A DNA stretch of 61,101 nucleotides, filler included. It is 14 parts of 14 records of this genome, joined end to end, with 100 filler letters (N's around TTAATTAATTAA, not from the genome) between each part and the next. Parts side by side here need not be neighbours in the genome. Positions count along the whole stretch, not along the records: positions 30,657 to 33,915 come from SRR15195285_6261; positions 34,016 to 38,665 come from SRR15195285_6268; positions 38,766 to 43,594 come from SRR15195285_6273; positions 43,695 to 47,127 come from SRR15195285_6275; 10 more parts are not named here. The stretch is one strand, 5' to 3'. The number at the start of each line of letters is the position of its first letter. Positions within the stretch are counted from its first letter, which is position 1. The notes under the pieces are model-generated. The model was not told where the DNA came from. It ran no database searches and saw only the letters and a list, made by a program, of their open reading frames with translations. A program made the translations under genes and the position numbers. This document shows positions 31,250 through 43,767 of this stretch, in pieces.

Positions 31250-33296
31250 ATGCAGCCAATGGAGCTTGGTCTCCCGAGTAATGGTGGCGGGTTGGCAGCC
31301 GTGGCCAGCTATAGAGACATTGGCTTGCTCGCAGGGCTGGCACTGATCGCCTCGGGCTTTACGGTGCACATGATCAACGTCGCCCGGTCGCACCCCGAGA
31401 TCCTGGAGCCCTCCGCTGGGCAGGTCGGCTGCTGCACGTGCTTTTCGTTTATGTGGTTGCTGTGGGTGGCGCTGCGCTTGCTGCCAGCCGCGGGTGCGCG
31501 GTCGAAGGTCACCGGCCCGGGATCTCGCAGCGCAGGGTCCGCAAGCATGGGAAGCAACTTCCCCATGCTGGCCGCGATGCAGGCTACGTCGCTCGAGTAT
31601 GTCGATGCGGCGGCTGAGTTGTGCGTTTTTGTGTGTCTTTTTGCTTCGGTTCTATCCCACTGCGCGCGCCCTTTTCATTTTGCGCCTGCACTTGTCTATC
31701 TGTCGTCTAGCTGTCTTTCTGGCCAGCTGACGCGACTCCCTGGAACAGCGGCGCCATCATGGCTTTGTTCTGGGTCTGCGACCGCACACCTTACTTCGAG
31801 CGTTCTGAGAAAGCCTACAGTCGCGATTTCTTCTGGTTTCTATGGGGCCTTCTGATGTTCATCGGTTTCCTGTCTATCCGCAAATGTGAGCAGCGGGTGT
31901 CATCAGTGACCAAAGGCACTGGCAGCAGCGCGGGTGTTCTCTCCCAGGCGCTTGAGTCGCGCCACGTCAAGCCCCTGCAGCGAGACCAGACGGAAGAGTG
32001 GAAGGGCTGGATGCAGGTGATGTTTCTGCTGTATCACTACTTCGAGGCGAAGGAGCTGTATAATGCCATCAGGCTCTACATTGCTGCGTACGTGTGGATG
32101 ACAGGCTTCGGAAACTTCTCGTACTACTACGTCAAAGCAGACTTTGGGCTGACACGGTTTTGTCAGATGATGTGGAGGCTCAACTTCCTCTGCTTCTTCG
32201 CTTGTCTGGTCCTCCAGAATGACTACATGCTCTACTACATATGCATGCTGCACACTGCCTACACAGTCTTCATCTACGCAACACTCGGCATCAGCTCCGC
32301 GGTTAATAATACCTCAGCTGGAATCGCGATCAAGTTCGCCGCCGTGACCACGATTGTACTAGTAATCTGGCACGTCCCTGGCATGTTTGACATTTTCTGG
32401 TGGCCATGGCGGTGGCTTGCGCTGTACAAGGGTTCGATGCACGAGTGGTATTTCCGTTCGACCCTCGACCACCTCGTGTGGATTATTGGCATGGCCACGG
32501 CGTTCTTCTTCCCGAACATGGATGACTGGTTAGCACGTGTGGAGGCTCTGCCTGTTCGCCAGCGCACCTTCATCAAGATATTGGTGGTTACTCTAGGCCT
32601 ACTCCTGATGTGGATGCACTACACGTCGGTTTTCGTGCTCGACAAGTACTCGTACAATGCGCTGCATCCGTACACCTCATGGTAGGTCTTGCATGCTGCG
32701 GTATGAGCCTGCCTGTAGTTCCCACAACTGCTTCTTGCTGGCGCTGCACTTAGCCACGTCACGTTGTGGTGCCCACAGGTTACCGATCACGATCTACATC
32801 GTGCTGCGCAATATCTCGTCAACCGCTAGGCGTTACTATATGCACTTCTTTGCCTGGCTCGGCAAGATCACACTTGAGACCTACATTGCCCAGTATCACA
32901 TCTGGATGTCGACGACTGGCGCGGATTTCACTTGGGACGCAAATGCGTCCCCGAAGCGGCTGCTTCGGCTGCTCCCCGCAGAATATCCGTGAGTGCCCTG
33001 TGTCCCACGCACTCGGTGCCCGCTGCCCTTCAACAAGTTGCTCAGTCCACTTCCAGATCATCCCGTCTTGTACAGCTGACTATTGCGGTGCTTGAATCGT
33101 TTGCTACAGGCTATTGAACTTTTTGCTACTCTCTTGCATCTACATCGGAGTATCTTACCGGATATTTCAATGTACAGTCACGTTGCGCGCCGTTGCTGCG
33201 CCGTCTGACCGATCCGCGCTCATGTGGAACCTCAAGGTTGCACCGCTTGCTTTGCTAGTCGTCTACTGTTTCTCGAGGGTACTCATGGTGGTATGA
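31250..33296 (+). CDS. Cas1p/CASD1-family 10-TM O-acetyltransferase component, most like plant REDUCED WALL ACETYLATION (RWA); 4 exons
   Basis: EFGAIMALFWVCDRT, KAYSRDFFWF, LQRDQTEEWKGWMQVMFLLYHYF, YNAIRLYIAAYVWMTGFGNFSYYY, WRLNF, YMLYYICMLHT, HEWYFRSTLDH, KYSYNALHPYTSW|LPITIYIVLRN, WLGKITLETYIAQYHIW. Unrelated to CRISPR Cas1. Confidence 0.92.
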
Positions 33297-33915
33297 ATGA
33301 ACCTGCTTAAGTGCTTCAACGTCGGGTTGCCTTGCTGGACGTTCGTCCCCGTGTTAGCATTGAGTACGGTACGGGGGTACGGAGTCGTCAGTAGTGAGTG
33401 CCAGTACTGTGCCGTAGAATTGCACTGTAGCGTAATGCGAAACCAGTGAGTGTAATTAGCAGCAATCGAAGCATTTGTCATGCACGGAGCTCAAAGTATC
33501 GAGGCAGATACCGTCGTACTTACGTGCATTCATGTGTAAATGCATCGTAGTAATGCAGCTCACAGATATGAGAACTACACGATATCTCGTGTTCGCCGGC
33601 TGGGTTCTGCTCAGGTGTGGTTGCCCCGATATGCCGGGATTTCGATACACAAGAGTAGTATGAGCATCACGCCGTCGTCCTTCTCTGTCTCTTCTAGATT
33701 TGCCTTCGCGTTCTTTTTTGCCTTCAATCTTTCGGGAAAACAGCGGCATCCTTCGCCCCTCCGCCCACGCGCCAGCGGCAGTCTTCCAGCGCCCTTCGGT
33801 CTGTCGAGCGATCGCCACGCACGAGGAGCGTGCCCTCCTCGCCCCGCCCAGCCCCGGCCCGGCGGGGTTGTCCAGTGATTTCTCGACCCCTCTGATCACC
33901 TCGAATCGCTGCTGT

Positions 33916-34015
33916 NNNNNNNNNNNNNNNNNNNNNNNNNNNNNNNNNNNNNNNNNNNNTTAATTAATTAANNNNNNNNNNNNNNNNNNNNNNNNNNNNN
34001 NNNNNNNNNNNNNNN
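33916..34015. other. Artificial contig-joining spacer 8
   Basis: N44-TTAATTAATTAA-N44. Confidence 0.98.
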
Positions 34016-37000
34016 TGGCTCTGGCTCTGGCTCTGGCTCTGGCGCAGGCTTCAGCAGCACCTCCACGGACGCATCAAGCAGTGTGCGGGTGGAACGACGA
34101 GGAGATGCCGTGAAGGCCAAAGAGCCACGTGAACTCAGCATCGACGTACTATCCAATTCTACGTCCAGCCAGGCAGTCGGTCAGATGGTCCATCAGTAAT
34201 CACATGCACGAAATCGTCACACTCGCATCCATCCCAATGAGTTTTGCGAAGCCGCCAAATGATAATTATAAGGGAACGCGCAGCCGAACGCACCATCTGT
34301 GTCATATGCCGCCTGTTCTTGCCTATCACCATCTTCGTTCACCTGAACTTGCAGACTAGGTAGCTGTGATGCACGACCATCGCCTCCATCGTCGTCATCT
34401 TGGCCAGCCAGCCCCACATGAGCGTGGCGCTTTATCAGCGCGTCAAATGCTGTGGTGTATGCATCGAGGAAGTGCTCGTGCAGAGCATTGCGACGCGGTC
34501 GAAACGCCCGCTCCACCACCGAAGGCATAATCACACAGTTGCCTCTAGTATCAATGACTACCTCTGTACCGCAGTGTGCATAACCTGTGCTTGGCGAGGT
34601 ATCACACGTAAGCATCAAGTCACTGAAATCACGTACATGTCGCGGATGTAAGCCAAAGCTGGTAAGGCTCACCTAGACATGCCGGGTTGACGTCTACCAC
34701 GAGATCGCGAAGGCAAACAACTCTCCAGGCCTGCTGCAAGCCGCCAATAGCGCGAAGCAGCAGAGACCCAAAGCGATGATTGCCAACCCGCGGGGCACCA
34801 AATGTATAGACCCCGAGCTCGACTTTCGCAGCCTGCACCCGATGTGCTGACTGCTGCGGGAGCTCGTGACGTTGTGGCTGTGGCTGCACGATGTGAAGGC
34901 CGTGACCGATTTCCCGAATTGTAGTGCTGATCGCTTCAGTACTGCGGGAGATGGTGCCAGCCAGCCTGTCTTGCCACGTACGGGTCTTGGGTCGAAATAC
35001 CGTGCTCCCAAGGTCGAGTGCACAGATATTTGCGAGCGCCCCTATCACCAATCCGTTTGACTTCAAGTCACTTCCACTCGAGACATTTTGGATCTAATAA
35101 TCTTTGCATGGACGCAACAGAGCAATATTGTGTGGCATAACGCACCACCAAGAGAGTGTCCCACCACGAGCAGTTCAATTCCTTGAGCCTTCCAGTTTGC
35201 ATCTGCCACATCTGAAGGGACAGATCTGCCCTCGGCTGCTGCCGTTGCCTCTGCTGCGACCGCAAATTGCCGACCTTCCTCGTGCATGCGCGAGACGATG
35301 CTGCGGAGCCGCCGCCTCAGCTGCGGGGAGACAGCACGATAGGCTCGCCAGAAGCCACGGTGTGCTCTTGGCTTCAACAAATGATCTAGCCCACAAACAT
35401 TCGGCAGAAATTTTGCTGGACAGCAGCAACAGAAGCAACCGCACACACACCCTCCATAACCTCCACAGCGCCGCCCTGCCCCACCAACAACACTAAGTAG
35501 GTCTTCATCATCAGACAGCTCATCATCGTGGCTATTGCTAGATGATCGGCTGTCTGCCGACGTTGTTCTCTTGTATTCATCGGCCCCTAAAGTTCGATCA
35601 GTGTCCTTCAGATCAATTGTAACTGGTAAGAAGTCAAAGTCTGTCTTAAAGTTCTCGCGTGATTTTGTCCCGCGGAACGCAACCACTAGTCGTCGTCTCC
35701 GGCCACGAGCCCTTGCAAGGGGAAGCGCCTCCGAAGCCACGAGTACTGTAGTGTCGGTATCTGTGTCGTGCAAGAACGCCTCGTGTTGAAGTCCTGAACC
35801 GTTACCATAGGTAGTCATACATGCAAAGATGTAGCAGGTCACACACATTAGCAGTGCAGCAACCTACCAGCCCACTAAATTGAATGACTTAGCTTGGCAG
35901 TATACATGTTCGAATACTCACCGAGCTCCCACAATTCTCCGCGTGATCCCGGGGGCTCTCCAGAAGGTGTCCTCGGCACTCGCGGTGAGTCCAGCGCCTG
36001 TGGTTGATGAGACGAGTCAGCATAGGAGTGAATCGCTATTTCGAGGAGCCATGCCGTCTTATTGACGTGCAATTGCCGGTCGGCGCCGGAAAATGCAGCA
36101 TCTTTGGGTGCCGGAGAGTACACGAAGGCTAGCACGCACAAGTACACAGTGCAAAGAAGACAGTTCGAGTCGGGCGAGAAGCTATCTGTACATTCGTGTC
36201 CCATGCACACACAATGTCAGCACAATTGAACGAACACACGCAAATGGAGTTGTAAGCTCAACGAAAGTCACCACAGCTCGAGCAGCGTAGATGTGTTGAG
36301 AGATGGAACTGTACCTTCGTCACTGAGAGCCGAAGCTGGGCGTAGTGTCTGCCAGACGTATGTGACCGATATGAATGCGATTACCCAGGTTCCGTGGAAC
36401 ACGAAGAAATGAAACGACAGCTGCCGAAATCGCGTTTCCAGGTAAGGCAGCGCTCGAAGACGCTGGTATGCTCGATTGAACGCAATCATGTACCAGAGAA
36501 AATAGACACCTGTGCATATTCTGAACGCCATATACAGCGCCGCAAGTGCCCGCTCGTCATCTTCGCTGTCAGCACCAGTTCCTCTTAGCTCACTCGAAAA
36601 CGCCCACGAGTATGTCGGGAAGTACGCCCAGCTGGCCACGAGTCCGAGCCACATTGCAATAGCTGCTGCTAGCTTCGGAGCGTAGAAGGACCAAGGATAG
36701 CCTTTGGCCTGCTGCACTGGTCGAGCTCCCAGTGGGCTGCTGGTGCTACTCAGTGACCCTGTCGGTCCGCACGGGAGCAGCGGCGCCTCCAGACTGCTGT
36801 TTTCAGTGGCCGTTTTCGAAAGATTACGCAGTCTAGAACCAGATTGAGACGAGTCCAAACTTGCCATATCGTCCACGTGTGTCTGCGTGTCGATCACACC
36901 ATCCGTCGATGTACGATCCAACTTTTCTTGAAGCATGCGTGCTTCGTCACCAGGTGCGGGAAGCCCTACAGAATGGAGCATCATTGCCCAGAATAAAAAG

Positions 37001-38299
37001 AGACCAAGCACTGCGAAGTAGTGCATAAGCAAGCTAGCCAAGTAAACACTTTGCACGTCGTTGCTCAGCCAGCTTGGGGCCGCAATTGCAGCGAGCACAC
37101 TGCTTGCGGTAGCTGTGAACAACGAATACAAAAGCACCAGCAGAATTCCCATGAGATCGAAACGCCAAATTGGGCCGTGCTTCTTCACTGCTAACTGTGG
37201 TACGTAATGGTGTCCTTACCACTCGACCCACCCATAATGAAGCGCAGGAAGAGTCCAGGATCCTGGAAAAGTACCAGCAGAAGCAGTGTGCCACGTATCC
37301 ACTGCTGCTCCGGCAGAGGTCGGACATGTGCCGCACACAAAGCAATTGAGTACAGAATGATGACCACAACCGTGAAAATGCAGAGTGTCGCTCGGGCAAC
37401 GAGCTGCCCCACCGCAAAGTCCTGCAAACCAACAGACGAGCATACCGTTCAAACCAAAGCTTGTTGCCAAGGGCTGTCAGCCAGCAGCATCCAAAGTCAA
37501 GTTTGCACGCACTGGGTTCATGAACGAGAACACGAAGGCCATTGTAAGATTGTTGTCCATTGCCAGTTCAGGTAGGTTCGAGTTATTGAAGGTGAGGTTC
37601 AGAGCATAATGCGTGTAGTCGATCACGTCAAGTTCGTACAGCGTCAGCGGTTCACAACCGACGCGTCCTTGATAGCACTGAAGCTGGTGCGACGTAGACA
37701 TATTGATCACCGGCACCCAGGTCTGAAGTTCTGGGCTATACGCTGTGATGTTTCCTACCATCTGCACTGGGGCGCGAAATGTTTCATTTATCCGACCATC
37801 TGCAGGCACAATGCAGCGCACAGTACTTCAGTACACCGTAGGCGACTCGTCAGCACTTGTGATGGCAAACCGGGTGCAACGGACCAAACGTTTGGGTAGA
37901 TAGATTAGCATGAAGTTTGAAGAATTGATTCGTGTAGTTGATAGAGAGCTGAAGAGGCGTGAAGGTAGCGTTGATGTACTCTCGACCGTCCGCCCACCAA
38001 GACGAGTTGTCGCCAAGGCAGGCCGTGTGCGCACTGGGACCAGAAGCACAGCCACTGTCCCAGCTCGGCAACGCCTGTACGCTGACGTCGTTGTACACGT
38101 ACGCCTGGCGCTCCACGAGCGCCAGCCCCGCAGCCACGAGCACCGAGACGTACGTGACGCCCAGCACGAGCTCAACCTGGCGCGCTGTCAACGTTTCCAG
38201 CCGCAGCCGCGGAGGAGCTTCCTGCAGCGGCACAAGCCGCACCTTCCTGGATGTCGACGCGGAGAGCGGCGGCCTGCCCGCCGCTTGCCTTGTCGCCAT
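34016..38299 (-). CDS. TMEM181/Wntless-like multi-TM protein fused to a class 3 lipase (Lipase_3); multi-exon, 3' truncated in EPEP repeat
   Basis: N-half: LRLETLT, NQFFKLHANL, CYQGRVGCEPLTL, FVFSFMNP, LPEQQW...LLLVLFQDP, LFLFWAMMLH, FYAPK, LPYLETRFRQL, YLCVLAFVYSP. C-half: LVVAFRGT, AHRGFWRAY, VVGHSLGGAL, YTFGAPRVGN, WRVVCLRDLV, YAHCGTEV, HFLDAY. Joined by GT-AG introns with no intergenic gap. Confidence 0.8.
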
Positions 38300-38665
38300 T
38301 CTACTGGCTATACAGTAGATTGTCGTGGCACTGCGTGTCGACGAGTTTACACCAAGCTGCCATCGCTGGAACGCGGACGGCCACTCCAACGAACAAGGCG
38401 CCTCTGAACGTGACCTAGCTCCTCAGATCCACCGCTGCATGACTGCGTGAGATCCGTTCTCGAAGTGCCCAGCTGGTGAGGGGTGTGTTGGCGCGCTGCG
38501 CGCGCTCGCTCGCGCGCCGCGCCGCGCGCGCGCGCGCCGGCGCTCGCGCACAGACCCGCGCGCCAATTAGCGCTCCCCAGCATCATGCAGCATGCACTGA
38601 GCGTCCGGCCTCGTCGGTGCAGTACTGGTACCGAGGTACCCAGATTGAATGAATGGCAAATTGAC

Positions 38666-38765
38666 NNNNNNNNNNNNNNNNNNNNNNNNNNNNNNNNNNN
38701 NNNNNNNNNTTAATTAATTAANNNNNNNNNNNNNNNNNNNNNNNNNNNNNNNNNNNNNNNNNNNN
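38666..38765. other. Artificial contig-joining spacer 9
   Basis: N44-TTAATTAATTAA-N44. Confidence 0.98.
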
Positions 38766-38796
38766 TTACGCAGCCGTTACGCAGCCGTTACGCAGC
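38766..38796 (+). repeat. 11-bp tandem repeat (ttacgcagccg) x about 2.8 at contig start
   Basis: Seen directly. Confidence 0.9.
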
Positions 38797-38910
38797 TTGG
38801 CGGCGCTTGGGCGGGGGCTCCGAGGCTGGTGGTCGCCCTATTGTAGTGTGGGTTTTTGGGGGGAAGGCTAGGCTGGGAGGGTGTGTGGGTGGTTATACAT
38901 ACGGCCCTTG

Positions 38911-41900
38911 ATGGAGGTCCGGCGGGCGGTGCAGGCGGATGAGGAGGCGGTGCTCAAGCTCATCGGGGCGGAGGCGTACATCATCACGAAGCGCTTTCTG
39001 AGCCTGGAGATCGGTAAGGCGATCGAGACGAGCGTGCTGAGCTTGGTGAGCCTGGATGGAAGCGGGGAGGTGACGGGGTTCGCTTGCTTCGGGGACCGGC
39101 CGCCGGGGACCGTGGCGGACCACAAGCTCAGGTATGTCCGCCTGCCTGCCCGTTTGGCTGGCTGGCTGGCTGGCTGGCTAGCCTGCTAGCTAGCCAGCTG
39201 GTTGTGTGTTACACAGCGCGCCGCATCTTGCAACACTTTGGGTGGCTTCGCGGTGAGTGGCTGAGCTGTCTGTCCGTCGCGTCCGCAGCCCGACCGAGTG
39301 GATGTACTGGCTCCCGAAGCAGTTCGACATCACGCCGTACCGCGCCGCCGGGCTGGACGTCAAGAACAGCGCCTGGCTCAGCTGCTTCGCCGCGGACCAC
39401 GCCACGGAGCATGAGGTGTTCTACGAGCTCATGCGCTTCGCCTTCGACGTCATGCCGGCCGTCGACCAGACGCTGTACCTGCTGCCCAAGAGCGAGGCCC
39501 CGTTCCAGCCAGTGCAGGAGCACTTCATGCCGATATCTCCGACGGAGGAGGCCCAGGGCAGCAGCCTGATGATGTGCGGCCGAGACGACATCCTGCCGCG
39601 CTGCAAGGTTCGCCGTGCGCGGGTGGAGGACCATGATGACCTGGTGCCCATCTTCGAGGCGCAGAGCGAGCTGCTCTCAGAACAATACGGCGAGTTCTTC
39701 CTCGCTGACGTGATCGCGTCTTCGGCCGAGCCCGAAACTCCGCAGGAGGCGCTCGTCGCTGAGATCCACGGTCGCGCGGTGGGGCTGCTGGTGGTGAGCT
39801 CGGACGTGGACGTGTCCTTGCTGCAGGACTGCTTCCACCTGGCTCCATACGGCGGCCTGGTGAAGCCGGTTGAGCCAGCCGAGGGCGAGGAACCACCCGC
39901 GGCTGCAGAGCCAGCGGAGGCGCCGTCCACTCCACCGCCGGTCGCAGCGGATCCCGAGGCTGCGGACGCCGAAGACGGTGCGGAGGGCGAGGCAGAAGCG
40001 CCGACCGTGTTGCCTGGCGACGCTGAGCGTGCGATGTGGAAAGACATCTTCGAGTCCATGGAGTTGGACGAGGACGGGCGCGCACCGGTTGCAGAGGTCT
40101 TCGCTGTGGCCAGCGAGCACGACGAAGAGGCCGCAGCCAAGTTTGCGGACGTCGCGAACGAGGATGGTCTGTGCTTATCGCATGAAGAATTTGACGCGAA
40201 GCTTCTTCTTGCGCTGTGGCGGGCGGAGTTCGACCAGCTCGAGCAGAATGACAACGAGCAGGTGTCGTTCGCCGCGCTGCTCGAGGCGTGTGCTGCAGTT
40301 AGCACTGAGAACTTCGCTGCCATCGCTGACATTGCGCAGACCGAGGCAGATGTTGATCTGGCACTGTCCTGGGACGAGTTCGTTTCAGCGAATGAGGTTC
40401 GCGTTGCTCAAATTGCGGATGCTGCCAGCGCTGAGGTTGCCGCCGAGGCCGAGCCAGCGGAGGAGCCTGCAGTAGAGGTCACGAGCAACTGCTTCGGTGT
40501 GATCATGTACTGCATGGATGAACGATACGCCTCGCGTGCCCGAGACTTCATCGAGCCGGCCATGTCTCTGTTTCCCGACTGCGATTACTGTGTGCTGACA
40601 CAGCCGTACCTTTCTCCGGAGCCGTCTCTGCTAGACGCATACGTGCAAGTGATGCCGCAGTCCTGCTCCACCTTCCGCGACGTGCTGTACGTTATGCATC
40701 GCTCTGTCACGGGGAAGCTAGAGACCCGCAAGTGGAAGGACGATGATGCCGAAGCAGTCGGCGCTATGCTGGAAGGTCTTTCCAACGCGGACCGCTGCAT
40801 GGAAGCGCTCGTTGCATGTGGAGACAACAGCGAGAAGACGCGCAAGAAGTCCAAGCGCCAAGGTTACGTGTTCGAGTTCATGGGCACCGTCGTTGGTGCT
40901 GCAGTGGTGAAGGATGGTGCAGATGTTGCGCTGCTTGCGAACAACTTTGAACTGGAAGACCATGTCGCGCTCGCGTGTCACCCGCACGACGGCCACGGTG
41001 TCCTGGATGAGTTCGTGCTGGCCCCTATCTTTGGAGGCTTCGTGCGTGAGGCACTACATGAGCTGATGCGGCAAGGTGGTCATACTGTGATTTACAGCGA
41101 AGAATCGACCGCCGCAGGCGCTGCATTGGATTACAGCATGCGCAAATGCATGGTGCAATTGAAACCGCGACCGCCGATTTTACTACCACCGGCAGACTGG
41201 AAGCCTGAAGAGGGCAGCTGGGTTGACAAGGAGCAGCAGCAGGCCCCGGACTACGCGCTGCACGTCTTCTCCACCCGCCTCATCACAGAGCGGAAGGAGA
41301 CTCGCAACACACGCGTTGTTGTCGTTGGCGCATCTGACACGTCAAAGGGGTTCCTAGAGGAGATGTTGCTCCTCCCAGATGTCATCTTCCCGCACATCAC
41401 GATGGTTGTGCATGGCACAGCTGCGGATGGCAGTGGAGGCGTTGGCGGCAACCTTGCGTTGAGCCACTGTTTTGCAGGTGACGAGCTTGCGCGGCTAGCG
41501 TTGAACGGAAAAGTGAATACCTTGCACGGCCGTATGCAGGATATTGACCGGGACCAACGCATGGTCGTGCTTGACGGCGATTCGCTGCTCGGTTACGACT
41601 ATCTGATTCTCGCGACTGGCTTGCAGGAGTCGGCCGTGACTAGCCTGTCAGGTGCACAGTCATCTCTCGCAGGTGTCTGGTCGCTTTCGAACGACGTGAA
41701 CATCGCCGCGATGGAGGAGGCCGCGCCGACTGCATCTAAGGTGCTGATTTACGGTGACACGTTGCAAACGTACGGCGCCATTGATCGAGTGATCAGTGCT
41801 GGTGCTGCTCCAGCTGCAGTAGCGCTTGTACTTCCACAGAGGCCCGATGGCGCGACCTCATGCTTTGGCAACCAGGAGCTGGAACTTGTGGTCCACCAGC

Positions 41901-42919
41901 ACCTTGCTTCTCAGGGCATCACTATTTACCAGGGCTACACGTTGACAGGTGTTGAGGGCAACGCTGAGGGCAGCCTTGTCTCTGCCGTGTTCGATGCCGA
42001 CGGCAAAGCCACGAACATCACGTGCGACGGACTTGCGTGCTATGCCGCGCCTAACACAGACCTTTCGGTGGCACGCGCTCTCAACGAGAACGCGGTTGTG
42101 TACGACGGTCGGCTGGTCATCAATGCCATTTTCCAGTCCAACGATCCCGCCATTATGGCGGCCGGATCTGTGACGAAGTTTTCGCGGAGGTACGGCACAA
42201 AGCAGCCGCCTGTCAGTTACTTCAACTCGCGCGAAGTTGGCGCGGCGCTGGGTAGGACAGTGCTGGACATCGCGATGTTCGATGGGGCTCACTTGGATGC
42301 GGACACGGTGCCCCAGTTCACCAAGCCAAAGTCAAAGGGTTGTCTGCTGCCTGGTGGTCTGCACTACTTCTGCACGACAGCACCTGGCCTACAGGCGATG
42401 GGAGAGGGCCGCGATCTTGTGACCGACACGCCGGGTGCAGATGGCTCGCCCCGGTATACCTGTGTGCACGTAGACAAATTTGATGCCGTGTCGAGCATCT
42501 CCTATTTAGGGTCGGAGCAGCTCGAGTGGCCGAACCTGCAGAAACTGGTCGGGCTGCCCCAGGGCTACTGCAACCGTCTAGTCCTTCACTTTGACGAGGG
42601 TCTGATCGCCGACCTGCCTTCGTGGTTCCGACAGCCGTGGTCCATGGCGTTGTATCACGATAGGTTTGCCGAGCTTGTTACCGCCCTGAAGGCCGAGCTG
42701 GCCAGCCGCGATGACGTAAAATCGTTAATAGAGGAACTGACGGCGTGGGCCGACAGCAAAGACAAGACTGAGTTGGACAGCTCGGAGCTTGCGAAGAAAA
42801 GGGATGGTCTGGTGTCCAAGTTGGACACAAGCTCCCGGAGATTGGCGATGGACTGGACGACTGAGTTTGTGCGAAACAATGGGTCTACGCTCTGGATGAT
42901 CTTGGAAGCGGAATCGTAG
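38911..42919 (+). CDS. CFAP61: Cilia- and flagella-associated protein 61 (CSC/radial spoke component); 2 exons
   Basis: ATG 38911; one intron GTATGT(39132)...cgcag. Motifs VRRARVEDHDDLVPIF, YGEFFLA, GRAVGL, LLQDCFHLAPYGGL, YCMDERYASRARDF, FPDCDYC, NTRVVVVGASDT, YDYLILATGLQ, VYDGRLVI...FQSNDPAIMAAG, WSMALYHDRF. Confidence 0.92.
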
Positions 42920-43037
42920 TCTTGCGTCTTCTGTGCACAGATATGTGGAAGAAAAATTGTGTGTGTAAATGATTCGATCAAATGAATATCGTTCGAGGAC
43001 ATTTTTTGAGAGCGGATCATAAGTTGCTGCCGCAGCG

Positions 43038-43594
43038 CTAATCGGGAATAGTGCCAAGAGCAAAGCGCCGCTGCCACCGGATCATTCTGGCCAGATACCA
43101 CCCCAGTTCTGCCGACAGATCTGCAGAAAGGTCGGGTACCAGCGTGGAGAACAGGTACCTGCTGTTAGAAGTAGCCGTCGCGAATAATCATGTCCGAGGA
43201 GTTGCGGGTTCGTGCCACGGTAGCTGCCACCCCTCGACCAGCCCTGCGCATGATAACACATCACCACACCGCACGGTTACCGTGCACGTGTCACACGCGT
43301 CCTCGGGGACACAGAACTGCCACAATCGCATACGCACCACATTGCTTCTATGGCAGCATATCGCCGCGCGTTCAGGAAAAGCGGCTTGCCGCGTCTGAAA
43401 TTGACAAACAGGGCAGTGCATCAGTGCGCAATTCATTGCGTGTGGCTTTTATGGGTTTCGCAAGGCAGAAACGCCGGCGTACCGAAGATTCTCGTCCGTC
43501 TCTCCATGTGCATCCACATAGACTGATGGGTAGAAACACGCGTTGCTGCCTTTGAACAACAGAATGTTGGACTTGCGTAGTAGCAGAATTACTC
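43038..43594 (-). CDS. 3' end (last 3 exons) of a UBR1/2/3-type (PRT6-like) N-recognin E3 ubiquitin ligase; missed by ORF track
   Basis: Spliced: VILLLRKSNILLFKGSNACFYPSVYVDAHGETDENLR|RGKPLFLNARRYAAIEAMW|YLFSTLVP...GTIPD*. This is the conserved UBR C-terminal YxDxHGExD..L.RG.PL.L...RY motif. Confidence 0.88.
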
Positions 43595-43694
43595 NNNNNN
43601 NNNNNNNNNNNNNNNNNNNNNNNNNNNNNNNNNNNNNNTTAATTAATTAANNNNNNNNNNNNNNNNNNNNNNNNNNNNNNNNNNNNNNNNNNNN
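43595..43694. other. Artificial contig-joining spacer 10
   Basis: N44-TTAATTAATTAA-N44, followed by a (GCT)n tract at 43695-43722. Confidence 0.98.
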
Positions 43695-43767
43695 GCTGCT
43701 GCTGCTGCTGCTGCTGCTGCTGTATCAACTACATGTACTGAAAGCCGAGCAACTATCTCGTTCCTTG

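Noticed and set aside
31250-33296. CRISPR-associated Cas1
   Set aside because: Name collision only: the motifs are those of the Cas1p/CASD1/RWA membrane O-acetyltransferase. No CRISPR array or cas genes were seen.
33456-33915. Gene at the end of contig 8
   Set aside because: Several frames are open but none has a recognisable motif or a consistent splice model.
39421-40475. Long overlapping ORFs antisense or off-frame to CFAP61 (and similar ones elsewhere, e.g. 16212-17009, 57010-57501, 60142-60732)
   Set aside because: These are shadow ORFs of GC-rich coding DNA with Ser/Ala/Arg-rich translations and no motifs.
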